From Pseudomonadota bacterium (GTDB lineage Bacteria; Myxococcota; JACRCW01; JAFGSX01): a stretch of 64,000 nucleotides of DNA. The stretch is from NCBI GenBank assembly GCA_043821645.1, contig JBDRCO010000023.1, forward strand, positions 160,001 through 224,000, written 5' to 3'. Position numbers and translations under genes: made by a program. The notes beneath the pieces are model-generated. The model made no database searches and was not told where the DNA came from. It worked only from the letters and a program-made list of their open reading frames with translations. This document shows positions 1-10,165 of the stretch, piece by piece (within the stretch, counting starts at the first letter, position 1; each line of letters starts with the position of its first letter).

Positions 1-657
1 CTCCTTGACGAAGACAGACCTGATCTGGTGGTGCTGTCGACGGGAACCCATGATCACAGTGCCCTGGCCGCGGAACTGTGGCGCGCAAAAATTCCGCACG
101 TGGTGGCCTGTGCCTATCCCCAAGCCCGTTTCTTTGAACTCAACCTGGTCGACCCGGTCGCTGGCACACCCTGCCTGCACTGCTTCCGCGGCCGGCTGTT
201 CGCCGGACCCGCCAGCGCGCCTGTGGTGGCGGACGAACTATCGCGATTTCTGTATCGCTCCGTCGACGACGCCGAGCGCGATCGGCTGTACACGGACCTC
301 GTGGCGGAACCTGCTTCGCGCATCGAGACCTCGCGCATCGCGGATCTGGCGGCGCTGGCCGCAGCCGAACTGCTGCTGCCGCGGCAGCTCCGAAGTCCGT
401 GGGTCGAACGGTGCTTCGACGAGGACACCACCTGCCTGCTCGGTGGCAATACCGTGGCCACCGTCGACTCGGGCGAGGTCGCCTATGGCATCTCCACTCC
501 CGGGCAGGTGATTCGCCTGGGACTCGATGACGTCGTGGGCAGCGCTGAAATCCAGCACTGCGAGGTATGCGGCCGGACCCTCGAGACCGCACACCGGCTG
601 CACTGGGACGAGGCTGCTCCCGGGTGCGTCGACGAGGCCCTTCTCGCTGCAGGGTGA
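1..657 (+). CDS. ThiF/MoeB/E1-like adenylyltransferase, C-terminal part (5' truncated by window edge)
   Basis: Frame open from base 1 (LLDEDRPDLVVLSTG, like the ThiF DLVVxxxD strand); KIPHV; two Zn-type CxxC motifs (TPCLHCF, HCEVCG). Confidence 0.6.
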   Translation, partial: LLDEDRPDLVVLSTGTHDHSALAAELWRAKIPHVVACAYPQARFFELNLVDPVAGTPCLHCFRGRLFAGPASAPVVADELSRFLYRSVDDAERDRLYTDLVAEPASRIETSRIADLAALAAAELLLPRQLRSPWVERCFDEDTTCLLGGNTVATVDSGEVAYGISTPGQVIRLGLDDVVGSAEIQHCEVCGRTLETAHRLHWDEAAPGCVDEALLAAG

Positions 658-675
658 GACCACCTCGAGCGGGCG

Positions 676-1983
676 TCAGGAAACGGCCAGCCCCAGCGCG
701 CCTTCGATGGCGCCCAGGTCGGCGGCGACCTCGACGATGGGGTTGGGCTGCGATGGCGTGAGTCCGGCCAGGCGGTCCGTGTGAAAGTCCACTCCGACCT
801 GCGAAAACTTGGCTCCGTGCGCGGTCAGGATGACGACCACGCTCTGTCCATCGTCGATGATCTTCTGTGCCCGCAGGGTACGCAGGCCAGCCAGGGCCAC
901 GCCTGAGTTCGGGCACACGGCGATTCCCGCACGATCGGCCAGGGCCTTGGCGTCCATCAACTCCTGCTCGCTGACCTCCTCGACCACGCCGTCAAACTCG
1001 CGCACCACTTTCTTGGCCTTGTGGTGGCTGACCGGTGCTCCGATGCGGATGGCCGAAGCCAGGGTGGGCTGTGCCGTGACCGTGACCATCTCGGAGAAGT
1101 CCTTCTGGTAGCTGCGGTAGAACGGATCCGCCGCCGCGGCCTGGATACCTGCAATGCGCGGCAAGCGATCGATGATGCCGAGCGCATGCGCCTCGCGCAG
1201 CCCCTTGCCCAGTGCGCTGATGTTACCTGCATTGCCCACCGGGATGACGAACCAGTCCGGGACCTGCCAGCCCAGCTGCTGGATGGCCTCGATACCGATG
1301 GATTTCTGGCCTTCGATGCGAAAGCTGTTCATCGAATTGAGCAGGTACACCGGATGGCGTTCGCAGATCTTCTGCACCAGGCGCATGCAGCCATCGAAGT
1401 CGGTATCCACAGCGAGGGTGGTGGCACCGTAGCTGATGGCCTGGCTGAGCTGCTCAGGGCTGACCTTGTTGGCGGGCAAGAACACCACGCCGCGCATGCC
1501 CTCGACTTGCGCCGCATAGGCAGCCATCGCCGCCGAGGTATCGCCCGTCGAGGCACAGGCCACCACAGGCCGGCCAAGGTGGTGAGCCCAGCTCACGCCC
1601 GCGGTCATGCCCCGGTCTTTGAAAGACAAGGTCGGATTCTCACCCTCGTGCTTGAGGTACAGCCTCTCTGTTGCGAAGGCGCGTGACAGCTTGGGTGTTC
1701 GATACAGGTTGGTGTTGCCCTCGGGCTTGCTCACCACCTGTTCAATGGGCAACTCGGGCAGGATCAACTCGTGGTAGCGCCACACTCCCGACACGTACGG
1801 CCACGCGCGCGTTCCGACACGCTCGTCGAAGCGTGCGCGAAGTTCCGGGTGGGCATGGCGCAGGCGTTCGAGATCGTGAACCACCTCGAGAAGCTCGCCG
1901 CAGTCACAGCGATAGCGCACCTCGTGCGTGTCATAGCTGCGTGCGCAGGCGATGCAGCGCAGGATCGACAGGCCACTGCTCAT
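676..1983 (-). CDS. thrC: Threonine synthase
   Basis: KHEGENPTLSFKDRG PLP-Lys motif, CASTGDTS, PVGNAGN; N-terminal CxxC..CxC. Start ATG at 1983 overlaps the thrB stop (ATGA). Confidence 0.93.
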   Translation of the reverse strand: MSSGLSILRCIACARSYDTHEVRYRCDCGELLEVVHDLERLRHAHPELRARFDERVGTRAWPYVSGVWRYHELILPELPIEQVVSKPEGNTNLYRTPKLSRAFATERLYLKHEGENPTLSFKDRGMTAGVSWAHHLGRPVVACASTGDTSAAMAAYAAQVEGMRGVVFLPANKVSPEQLSQAISYGATTLAVDTDFDGCMRLVQKICERHPVYLLNSMNSFRIEGQKSIGIEAIQQLGWQVPDWFVIPVGNAGNISALGKGLREAHALGIIDRLPRIAGIQAAAADPFYRSYQKDFSEMVTVTAQPTLASAIRIGAPVSHHKAKKVVREFDGVVEEVSEQELMDAKALADRAGIAVCPNSGVALAGLRTLRAQKIIDDGQSVVVILTAHGAKFSQVGVDFHTDRLAGLTPSQPNPIVEVAADLGAIEGALGLAVS

Positions 1984-2942
1984 AGGCGTCGCGCTCCATC
2001 GAGACTCAGGCGGGTGACGTGATGCTGACAGCTCAGACCGCGGGCTTTGCAGATCTGTGCCATGGCCAGCGCGGTGCGAGCCGCGCTCTCCGCGTCGAGG
2101 GTCAGCGCGAACAGGGTGGGCCCCGAGCCACTGATGGAGAAGGCCAGGGCTCCAGCCTCCAGCGCCGCGTCGCGACACGCGCCATGGTGCGGGATGAGCG
2201 TCGCCCGACAGGGCTCGACGATGCGGTCCGTGAGGGCGACCCGCAGCAGTTCGGCGTCGCCGGTGCACAGGGCCGCCACCACGGCGGCAGCATTGCTCCA
2301 CGTCGCCACCGCGTCGCTCAGGCTCACCTGGGCCGGCAAGATCTCCCGCGCCGCACGGGTCGAGATCTCGATGTCTGCACTCAGCAGCGCCACGTGCAGC
2401 TCCAGCTTCGGCTCCAGTCTGACGACCCTTAAGGGGTCGTTGCTCTGCACCACCGTGAAAGCCCCCAGCAAGCAGGGCGCCACGTTATCGGCGTGGCGGC
2501 TTCCGGAGGCCAGGACCTCGCCGTCGAGGGCAGCCTCGAGAACAGCTTGTGGCGAGAACCGCTCCCCGGTGATCTCGCAGCGCAGCAGCATGGCAGCGAG
2601 GGCTCCAGCGACGGCGCTGGCAGCGCTGGAGCCGAGGCCAGAGCACAGGGGCAAGCCCTTCTCGACGATGAGTTCCAGTCCGGCTTGCTGTAGGGCGTCG
2701 ATGCTCCACACGGAGACGGCAGCACGGCTCGCGGTGTTGGCCAGGACCTCGCGCGGCAACGCGCCCCCGTCTCCGGTCACGTCGACGAGGTGCACGCCGG
2801 GTCTGTCGACGATGCGTGCGCGCACGCGATCCCCCAGACCCTCGACGGCGAAGCCGAAGCAATCGTAGCCGGGCCCCACGTTGGCCACCGTCGCTGGCGC
2901 GAAGACCTGTATCCACCCATGAGCCGTCGGAGCCTGGGTCAT
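1980..2942 (-). CDS. thrB: Homoserine kinase
   Basis: APATVANVGPGYD, GHMP motif KGLPLCSGLGSSAAS, HADNVAP, ISGSGPT. Confidence 0.93.
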   Translation of the reverse strand: MTQAPTAHGWIQVFAPATVANVGPGYDCFGFAVEGLGDRVRARIVDRPGVHLVDVTGDGGALPREVLANTASRAAVSVWSIDALQQAGLELIVEKGLPLCSGLGSSAASAVAGALAAMLLRCEITGERFSPQAVLEAALDGEVLASGSRHADNVAPCLLGAFTVVQSNDPLRVVRLEPKLELHVALLSADIEISTRAAREILPAQVSLSDAVATWSNAAAVVAALCTGDAELLRVALTDRIVEPCRATLIPHHGACRDAALEAGALAFSISGSGPTLFALTLDAESAARTALAMAQICKARGLSCQHHVTRLSLDGARRL

Positions 2943-5407
2943 GTGCGCCTCGCGATCTTGAGGATGTCCCCGAACACCCCCGCCGAGGTGACCTCGGCTC
3001 CTGCTCCAGGCCCGCGGATGATCAAGGGGTTCTCGCGGTAGCGCTCAGTGCGGTAGATGACGATGTTGTCCGGGCCACTGAGCTGACCCAGGGCGCTCCC
3101 GGTATCCACCTCGCTCAGTCCAACCTTGACGCCACTGGCGCCGATCTCCGCGGTGTAGCGCAAGACCTTGCCGCGCTGCCTGGCCCTTTCCACACGCGTG
3201 GCGAAGCTCGAGTCGAGGGAGGGCAGATGGCGCATGAAGCTCTCGACGTCGGGCAGGGCCATGGCCTCGGCCGGAAGCATGCCCTCGAGCTGTACCTGCG
3301 ACATCTCCAGGTCGAGGCCAAGCTCGCGGGCGATGATCAGAGCCTTGCGCGCAACGTCCAGGCCACTGAGATCGTCCCGCGGGTCGGGCTCGGTGTAGCC
3401 CTTCTCCTTGGCCGTCACCACGATCTCGCTCAGCGGGCGTCCCGCCTGCAGGCCACTGCAGACAAAGCCCAGCGTGCCCGAGAAGCAGCCCACGATGCCC
3501 TCGACGCGGTCGCAGGTGGCGAGCAGGTCCTGCAGGGTGAACAGCACCGGCAGCCCGGCTCCGAATGTGGTTTCGTGGTGGTAGCCCACACCCTGCTCCA
3601 GGGCGGTGCGCCGGATCTGGTGATACAGCGACAACTCCCCGGACAGGGGTTTCTTGTTGGCCGTGACCACGTGCAGTCCCCGTTGCAGGGCCGCCAGGTG
3701 CAAGGGCCCGGTCTCCTCGGCGGTGATGTCGACCAGCACGGTATCCAGGCGCCGCTCCCGGGACAGTGCATCAAGGAGCGCGGTGTCGTCGGGCCGCCCG
3801 CTACCCCCCAGGCTCTCGAGCGCCTCGCCCGCCGCCACGCGCCGCAGGGTCTCGTCGGGGATGCCCGCAGGCTGGTGCAGCCAGCTCGACCTCCCGGCCA
3901 CCCCCACCACCTTGAGCGACAGCCCGTGTTCCCGGAGCAGCCGGTCGCGCGCCTCGACGAGCTGCCGGAGCAGGGTGCGCCCGATGAGACCCTTTCCCAG
4001 GAGGAACACGTGGGTGTCGTGGGTCAGGCCGAAGGCCGTGTGCACGGCGCCCACAGCGCGATGCAGGTCTGCCTGCGCGACCACCACGGACACGTTGAGC
4101 TCACTGGAGCCCTGGGCAATGGCCAGGACGTTGATGCGCGCGCGCCCGAGGGCACTGAACAGTTTCTGACTGATGCCAGGCGTGCCCCTCATGCCCTCGC
4201 CGATGATGGCCAAGATCGCGACCTCGGTCTTGACGTCGATGCGATCGATGCGGCGCCGGCTCAGTTCAAGCTCGAATTCCTGCGAGAGCTCCTCGCGGGC
4301 ACGTTTACCGTCGTCCCGACGCACCAGGAAGCTGATGTTCTGCTCACTGGAGGCCTGGGAGATCATGAGCACGTTGATCCCGGCGCGGGCGGTGGCGCTG
4401 AACACGCGCCCGACCACTCCCGGTACGCCGATCATGCCACGGCCCTCGACGGTGACCAGAGCCATGTCCGAGATCGAGGTGACGGTCTTGACCCCGCCTG
4501 CGGTCTCGTCACGCTGTCCCGTGATGCGCGTGCCCGCGACCTCGGGCCGCAGGCTGTTTCGAATACGCAGGGGGATGTTCGCGCGCACCGCCGGCGTCAT
4601 GGTGCTCGGGTGCAGCACCTTGCTGCCAAAGTAGGCCATCTCCGCGGCCTCGCGGTAGGTGATGACGTCGAGGATGCGGGCCTCGGGCACGACCCTCGGA
4701 TCCGCGGTCATCACGCCGTCAACGTCCGTCCAGATCCAGATCTCCCTGGCGTCCAGGTAAGCCCCGATGAGCGACGCGCTGTAGTCGCTGCCGCCGCGCC
4801 CCAGGGTCGTGGTCAAGCCATCGACAGTCGCCGCGATGAAGCCCGTGACGACGGGGACACCGGACTGCGCCAGGCTGAGCAGCCGCTCCCTCGCCACCAC
4901 GCGACTGTGCTCGTGATCCACCACGGCCCGGCCAAAACTGGCGTCCGTGCGCAGGATCTCGCGGGCGTCCACCGCCTCCGAGTTCGCTCCGGCGCGCCGC
5001 AGGGCTGCCGCGAACAGAGGTGCGGCCAGGCGCTCGCCAAAGGACTGGATGAGGTCCAGGGAGCGCGGTGTGAGTTCCTGCAACAGCCGCACGCCATGCA
5101 GAAGCTGCTCCAGATCGAGGATCAGGCCAGTCACCGACGACAGGAGGGACTCCCGGCTGGCGCCCTGGTCCGTCAGTTCTTCCGCGGCCTGCAGATGGCG
5201 TCGCTTGAGCTGCGACTGACGGCTCTCGACCTCCCCTGTCCGGCGCTCGCTGGCCAGTCCAGCAAGGGCGATGAGCTCGTCGGTGACTCCGGCCATGGCC
5301 GAGGTCACCACCACCGCCGGTTGACCGGCCAGCAGGACTTGCTTGGCCGCGCCCAGCAAGCGCGTGGCATCGGCCACCGAGGTTCCACCGAACTTGTGCA
5401 CCAGCAT
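2939..5407 (-). CDS. thrA: Bifunctional aspartokinase/homoserine dehydrogenase
   Basis: Starts MLVHKFGGTSV; TTLGRGGSDYS; two ACT domains; GKGLIG, TANKKP, GYTEPDPRDDLSG, GPGAGAEVTS. GAGG upstream of ATG 5407. Confidence 0.93.
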   Translation of the reverse strand: MLVHKFGGTSVADATRLLGAAKQVLLAGQPAVVVTSAMAGVTDELIALAGLASERRTGEVESRQSQLKRRHLQAAEELTDQGASRESLLSSVTGLILDLEQLLHGVRLLQELTPRSLDLIQSFGERLAAPLFAAALRRAGANSEAVDAREILRTDASFGRAVVDHEHSRVVARERLLSLAQSGVPVVTGFIAATVDGLTTTLGRGGSDYSASLIGAYLDAREIWIWTDVDGVMTADPRVVPEARILDVITYREAAEMAYFGSKVLHPSTMTPAVRANIPLRIRNSLRPEVAGTRITGQRDETAGGVKTVTSISDMALVTVEGRGMIGVPGVVGRVFSATARAGINVLMISQASSEQNISFLVRRDDGKRAREELSQEFELELSRRRIDRIDVKTEVAILAIIGEGMRGTPGISQKLFSALGRARINVLAIAQGSSELNVSVVVAQADLHRAVGAVHTAFGLTHDTHVFLLGKGLIGRTLLRQLVEARDRLLREHGLSLKVVGVAGRSSWLHQPAGIPDETLRRVAAGEALESLGGSGRPDDTALLDALSRERRLDTVLVDITAEETGPLHLAALQRGLHVVTANKKPLSGELSLYHQIRRTALEQGVGYHHETTFGAGLPVLFTLQDLLATCDRVEGIVGCFSGTLGFVCSGLQAGRPLSEIVVTAKEKGYTEPDPRDDLSGLDVARKALIIARELGLDLEMSQVQLEGMLPAEAMALPDVESFMRHLPSLDSSFATRVERARQRGKVLRYTAEIGASGVKVGLSEVDTGSALGQLSGPDNIVIYRTERYRENPLIIRGPGAGAEVTSAGVFGDILKIARRT

Positions 5408-5551
5408 GATTGGACCTCGCCAGTCGAGAGGCGTCGCACCACCCTCAGGCGGTTCCGATTCGTGAAGGCTGATAACATCCTCTCGTGCACTGCATGTCCA
5501 CAGGCCCTGCACGGCATCCGCAGAGTTCTGGTCGGAGTCGCCTGCTCCCAC

Positions 5552-5923
5552 ATGGTACCTTCGCACAGGGCTATGCTGACCTGCATCGGTGGCTATACGG
5601 GGTCGTGCGATACCCGCGCGCAGGCGACCTGCACCACCGACGTGTCCTGCCCGGCCGGCTTCTGCTGCCACGAGGGCACCTGTGCGCGCATTTTGGACGC
5701 CAGCGCCACTGCTGACGGCTCGTCCGATGTCATCGTCTCGGTGGAGGCCTCCGGGGACATCCAGGTGCTGCCCAGCGCCGGGCTCTCGAGCTTGGCTGGC
5801 GCAGCCAAAGGCCGTGGTGTGACGTCCCACGGGGTCACAGTGAGACTGCGCGCCCCCCCGATCGGGGGCCTGGAAAGCGACCCTCCGTCTCAGGTCGAGG
5901 TAGAGCGCCTGGTCGTGCCCTGA
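5552..5923 (+). CDS. Small hypothetical protein with a Cys-rich motif (possibly a gene remnant)
   Basis: Fills the thrA-ALDH gap; CTTDVSCPAGFCCHEGTC resembles myxobacterial Cys-rich modules. Start uncertain. Confidence 0.3.
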   Translation: MVPSHRAMLTCIGGYTGSCDTRAQATCTTDVSCPAGFCCHEGTCARILDASATADGSSDVIVSVEASGDIQVLPSAGLSSLAGAAKGRGVTSHGVTVRLRAPPIGGLESDPPSQVEVERLVVP

Positions 5924-6063
5924 GCTGGCCCCGCCCCCCTCCCCTTTCCCCAACCGGGCGATGACGCCCCCGGAGCAAACCGCTAGACTGCGCCGCGCGA
6001 TCAGCCGGAAAGCGCGATCGCGATCACCGCACGCAGGGGCAGGTCCCCGACGAGGTCCAGGCC

Positions 6064-7458
6064 ATGGCAGCAACATTCAAGGTCATCAGTCCCGTCGACG
6101 GTTCAGTCTATGTCGAGCGTCCCCTGCCCAGTGACGACGAGGTGCAGGGCGCCCTCAACAAGGCTCGCGGTGCCCAGCGCGACTGGAAGGCCACCCCCCT
6201 GATCCAGCGCCAGATGCTCATGCACAAGTTCGTCGACGCCATGGTCTCCCACGCCGACGAGATCGCCACCGAACTGACCTGGCAGATGGGGCGCGCCATT
6301 CGCCACAGCCCGAACGAGATCAAGGGCGGTTTCAACGAGCGGGCCCGCTACATGATCGACGTGGCCGAGGAGGCCCTGACCGACGTGCGAGTCGGCCCCA
6401 AGGAGGGCTTTCGCCGCTTCCTGCGCCGCGACCCCCTGGGCACGGTGTTCGTGATCGCACCCTGGAACTACCCCTACCTGTGCTCGGTGAACGCCGTGGT
6501 GCCCGCCCTCGTCGCTGGCAACAGCGTGATCCTCAAGATGTCGGCCCAGACCCCGCTGGTCGCCGAGCGCTACGCCCAGGCGGCCAAGGAGGCCGGTCTT
6601 CCCGAGGGTCTGCTGCAGTACCTGCACGTCAATCACGATCAGGTGTCGCGCATGATAGGCGACGAGCGCGTCAACTTCGTGGCCTTCACCGGCTCGGTGG
6701 ATGGCGGTCGCTCGGTGCACCGCGCCGGCGCCGAGCGCTTCATCAACATGGGCCTCGAGCTCGGCGGCAAGGACCCGTCCTACGTGCGCCCCGACACCAA
6801 CATGGCCCACGCCGTGGATTGCCTTGTGGACGGCAGCTACTTCAATGCGGGTCAGTCCTGCTGCGGCATCAAGCGCATCTACGTGCACAAGGACGTCTAC
6901 GATACCTTCATCGAGGGCTTTGTGGCCCTGACCTACCAGTACAAGCTGGACAATCCCCTGGAGCAGAGCACCACCATCGGTCCCGTCGTGCGCGCCAAGG
7001 CTGCGGCCGACATCCGCGCCCAGATCCAGGCTGCCGTGGCCAAGGGCGCCAAGACCCTGATCGACGAGAAGAAGTTCGACAAGGCCAAGAACGGCACGCC
7101 CTACATGGCGCCGCAGGCCCTGGTGAACCTCGACAACAGCATGGACTTCGTGCGCGAGGAGACCTTTGGCCCCGCCGTGGGCATCCTCAAGGTGTCCTCA
7201 GACGACGAGGCCATCAAGCTCATGAACGACAATCGCTACGGCCTGACCGCGTCCATCTTCACCTCTGACCTCGACGCGGCCGAGCGCATTGGCGACCAGA
7301 TCGACACCGGCACCTGGTACATGAACCGCTGTGACTACCTCGACCCGGCCCTGGGTTGGGTAGGCGTCAAGGACTCGGGCATAGGCTGCACCCTGAGCAA
7401 GGTGGGCTACGAGTACCTCACCCGACCCAAGAGCTTTCACCTGCGCTGGAAAGTCTGA
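6064..7458 (+). CDS. NAD(P)-dependent aldehyde dehydrogenase
   Basis: APWNYP, FTGSVDGG, LELGGKD, FNAGQSCC, EETFGP; strongly biased codons; GAGG RBS. Confidence 0.93.
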   Translation: MAATFKVISPVDGSVYVERPLPSDDEVQGALNKARGAQRDWKATPLIQRQMLMHKFVDAMVSHADEIATELTWQMGRAIRHSPNEIKGGFNERARYMIDVAEEALTDVRVGPKEGFRRFLRRDPLGTVFVIAPWNYPYLCSVNAVVPALVAGNSVILKMSAQTPLVAERYAQAAKEAGLPEGLLQYLHVNHDQVSRMIGDERVNFVAFTGSVDGGRSVHRAGAERFINMGLELGGKDPSYVRPDTNMAHAVDCLVDGSYFNAGQSCCGIKRIYVHKDVYDTFIEGFVALTYQYKLDNPLEQSTTIGPVVRAKAAADIRAQIQAAVAKGAKTLIDEKKFDKAKNGTPYMAPQALVNLDNSMDFVREETFGPAVGILKVSSDDEAIKLMNDNRYGLTASIFTSDLDAAERIGDQIDTGTWYMNRCDYLDPALGWVGVKDSGIGCTLSKVGYEYLTRPKSFHLRWKV

Positions 7459-7475
7459 GCGAGAGGAGAGCCACC

Positions 7476-8642
7476 ATGAGTACCAACTTCACCGCCAACT
7501 GGAACTATCCCTGCGCCGTGCGCTTCGGCATCGGCCGCCTGAAGGATCTCCCGACGCTGTGCAGCGAGCTGGGCATGAAGAAACCCCTGCTCGTCACCGA
7601 CCCTGGCCTGGCCAGGCTGCCCATCGTCGACGAGGCCGTGACCATCAACAAAAAGGCAGGCCTGCCCACCGGCGTGTTCTCGGAGGTCAAGCCCAACCCC
7701 GTTGGCCAGAACGTTGACGACGGCGTGGCCGCGTTCAAGAAGGGCGGTCACGACGGCGTGATCTCCTTCGGCGGCGGCAGCGCCCTGGACGTGGGCAAGG
7801 CCGTGGCCCTGATGGTGGGCCAGAAGCGACCGCTGTGGGACTTCGAGGATATCGACGACTGGTGCAACCGCGTCGACGAGAAAGGCATCGCCCCTCACCT
7901 GGCCGTGCCCACCACCTCGGGCACGGGCTCCGAGGTCGGCCGCTCCTCCGTCATCACCGACGAGGCGGCGAAGCGCAAGAAGGTCATCTTTCACCCGCGC
8001 ATGCAGCCCTGGCGCGCTCTGTGTGATCCGGAGCTCACCGTCGGTCTACCACCCAAGCTCACCGCCACCACGGGCATGGACGCCCTGAGCCACAACCTCG
8101 AGGCCTTCTGCACGAGCTACTTCCACCCCATGGGCGACGGCGTGGCGGTCGAGGGCATGCGGCTCGTCGACGAGGCCCTGCTCACGGCCTACAAGAATGG
8201 CAAGGACCTGGATGCACGCGCCAAGATGATGGCAGCCTCGGCCATGGGTGCCACCGCCTTCCAGAAGGGCCTGGGCGCCATGCACAGCATCGGTCACTCG
8301 GTGGGAGCCATGTTCGACACCCACCACGGCGAGACCATGGCCACGCTCATGCCCTACGTGTTGCTGTTCAACCGCGAGATGATCCAGGACAAGCTCGAGC
8401 GCCTGGCGCGCTACCTCGACCTGCCGACTCCCGGCTTCGACGGTGTGCTGGAGTGGGTGCTGTACCTGCGCAGCGAGCTCAAGATCCCGCACACCCTCAA
8501 GGACCTGGGCGTGCAGGGCGACAAGCTGGATGCCCTCGCCGAAAAGTCGGTCAATGACCCCACGGCGGGGTCCAACCCCGTGCCCCTCACCGTCGCGAAC
8601 CTGCGCAGCTTGATCCAGAAAGCCTACGACGGGACCCTGTAG
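7476..8642 (+). CDS. Iron-containing alcohol dehydrogenase
   Basis: GGGSALD, PTTSGTGSE, GMDALSHNLE, MHSIGH, HHG; AGGAG RBS before ATG 7476. Confidence 0.92.
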   Translation: MSTNFTANWNYPCAVRFGIGRLKDLPTLCSELGMKKPLLVTDPGLARLPIVDEAVTINKKAGLPTGVFSEVKPNPVGQNVDDGVAAFKKGGHDGVISFGGGSALDVGKAVALMVGQKRPLWDFEDIDDWCNRVDEKGIAPHLAVPTTSGTGSEVGRSSVITDEAAKRKKVIFHPRMQPWRALCDPELTVGLPPKLTATTGMDALSHNLEAFCTSYFHPMGDGVAVEGMRLVDEALLTAYKNGKDLDARAKMMAASAMGATAFQKGLGAMHSIGHSVGAMFDTHHGETMATLMPYVLLFNREMIQDKLERLARYLDLPTPGFDGVLEWVLYLRSELKIPHTLKDLGVQGDKLDALAEKSVNDPTAGSNPVPLTVANLRSLIQKAYDGTL

Positions 8643-8663
8643 TTCGAACGTCAGACTTTCAAT

Positions 8664-9110
8664 TCACAGGCTTTTCCACGACGTCACGAGAACGCGGATG
8701 TAGCGCACGCTCGACAGCACCAGCGCACCGCCCATGGCCACGTAGAAGGGCGCCAGCCAGGCGTGGGGGATGGGCGAGTGCCTGAGCGCGATGCCCATGC
8801 CCATCATCACCGCAACCATTCCATAGCTGCGCAGGGGCATGAAGGAGAACACACAGGGTCTGTCCGGTGCAGCGCGGATGCGTCCCAGGTTGCGGTCGAC
8901 GATGCGCAGGAAGCCGAGGTGGTGAATGAGCAGGGCCGCCACGGCTCCCGCGACACCGAGTTCCCAGGTGACGGTGCGTGTTTCGGGTCCCAGCCAGATC
9001 CAGGCCAGGCGCAGCAGCATCAGCCCGACCCCGAGCCACATGCCACCTGCCAGCGCCAGCAGCACACGCCGGCTCGCTGAGGGCTTGAATCGGTGCAACC
9101 ACCACCACAC
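8664..9110 (-). CDS. Hypothetical integral membrane protein (about 4 TM)
   Basis: Hydrophobic segments; GTG 9110 preceded by AAGGGGG. Confidence 0.7.
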   Translation of the reverse strand: MWWWLHRFKPSASRRVLLALAGGMWLGVGLMLLRLAWIWLGPETRTVTWELGVAGAVAALLIHHLGFLRIVDRNLGRIRAAPDRPCVFSFMPLRSYGMVAVMMGMGIALRHSPIPHAWLAPFYVAMGGALVLSSVRYIRVLVTSWKSL

Positions 9111-9249
9111 GCTGCGCGTACCCCCTTGTTTGGACCGCAGCCTGTCAGCTTGAACTTGGTGGCGTGTCAAGACAAGGTCAGGCGTGCTGCCCTCGAGGCC
9201 AAACCGCGCCATCTCGCCTAGGGAGAACAAGGAGACAGGTGGTACACGC

Positions 9250-10137
9250 GTGATCGAACTGCTGCTGGTGTCCCTGCTGTGGGCCTTTTCCTTTGGCCTG
9301 GTCAAGGGCGAGCTCGTCGCCCTGGACCCGTCGTGGGTGGCTTTCTGCCGGCTCGTCATCGCGGCCGCGATCTTTGCGCCCCTGGTGCGCTGGCGTGAGT
9401 TGCCGCGACGCCTCGTCGTCGAACTGGCGCTCCTGGGTGGTGTGCAGTTTGGCCTGATGTACGCGACCTACATCGCTGCCTTTCAAGTCCTCAAATCCTT
9501 CGAGGTGGCACTGCTGACCATCTTCACGCCACTATTTGTGGTCGCGGTCGAGGCCATGCTCGCGCGCTCACTGCGCTGGCTGTTCCTGGTGGCCGCCGGC
9601 CTTGCCACCCTGGGCACGGGACTGGCGATGCGCGAAAGCCTGGTGCAGGCCAGCCCGGCATGGACCGGCATCCTGCTCATGCAGCTGTCCAACCTGTGCT
9701 TTGCCCTGGGTCAGGTGTGGTACCGCCGGCTGCTGGCCCGAGAACACGGCATTGTCGATCGCCAGGTGTTCGGCGTGCTCTACGTGGGCGCGGCCCTCAC
9801 CGCAGCCTTGCTGACCCTGGTCCTCGGTGACGTCGAGAAAGTGGCCATGACAGGCCGCCAGTTCGGGGTCTTGGTGTACCTGGGCGCGGTGGCGTCAGGA
9901 CTGGGATTCTTTTTGTGGAATCGAGGTGCGCGTCGCGTCGACGTGGGCACCCTGGCCGTGTTCAACGACCTCAAGATTCCCCTGGCCACCCTGGTCTCCC
10001 TGCTCGTGTTCGGCGAACAGGCCAACCTGCAGGATCTGGCCCTGGGCGGCGGACTGGTGATCCTGGCCCTGCTCGCCATACGAGCCCTGCAGCGACGACG
10101 CAGTGCACCTCCAGACGCTCCGCCACCCACGGAGTGA
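9250..10137 (+). CDS. EamA/DMT family transporter (BioP/YigM/MadN-like)
   Basis: LLWAFSFGL start, about 10 TM, YLGAVASGLGFFLWNRG; GTG 9250. Confidence 0.85.
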   Translation: MIELLLVSLLWAFSFGLVKGELVALDPSWVAFCRLVIAAAIFAPLVRWRELPRRLVVELALLGGVQFGLMYATYIAAFQVLKSFEVALLTIFTPLFVVAVEAMLARSLRWLFLVAAGLATLGTGLAMRESLVQASPAWTGILLMQLSNLCFALGQVWYRRLLAREHGIVDRQVFGVLYVGAALTAALLTLVLGDVEKVAMTGRQFGVLVYLGAVASGLGFFLWNRGARRVDVGTLAVFNDLKIPLATLVSLLVFGEQANLQDLALGGGLVILALLAIRALQRRRSAPPDAPPPTE

Positions 10138-10165
10138 CGACGAGGTTCGGTGCTGTCTCAGCGCT

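Noticed and set aside
5408-5551. Possible thr attenuator or leader peptide
   Set aside because: No Thr/Ile-rich short ORF or terminator hairpin seen.
2816-5923. 1035-aa plus ORF and the N-terminally extended 1045-aa ThrA
   Set aside because: Shadow of thrA; the real ThrA starts at MLVHKFGG (5407).
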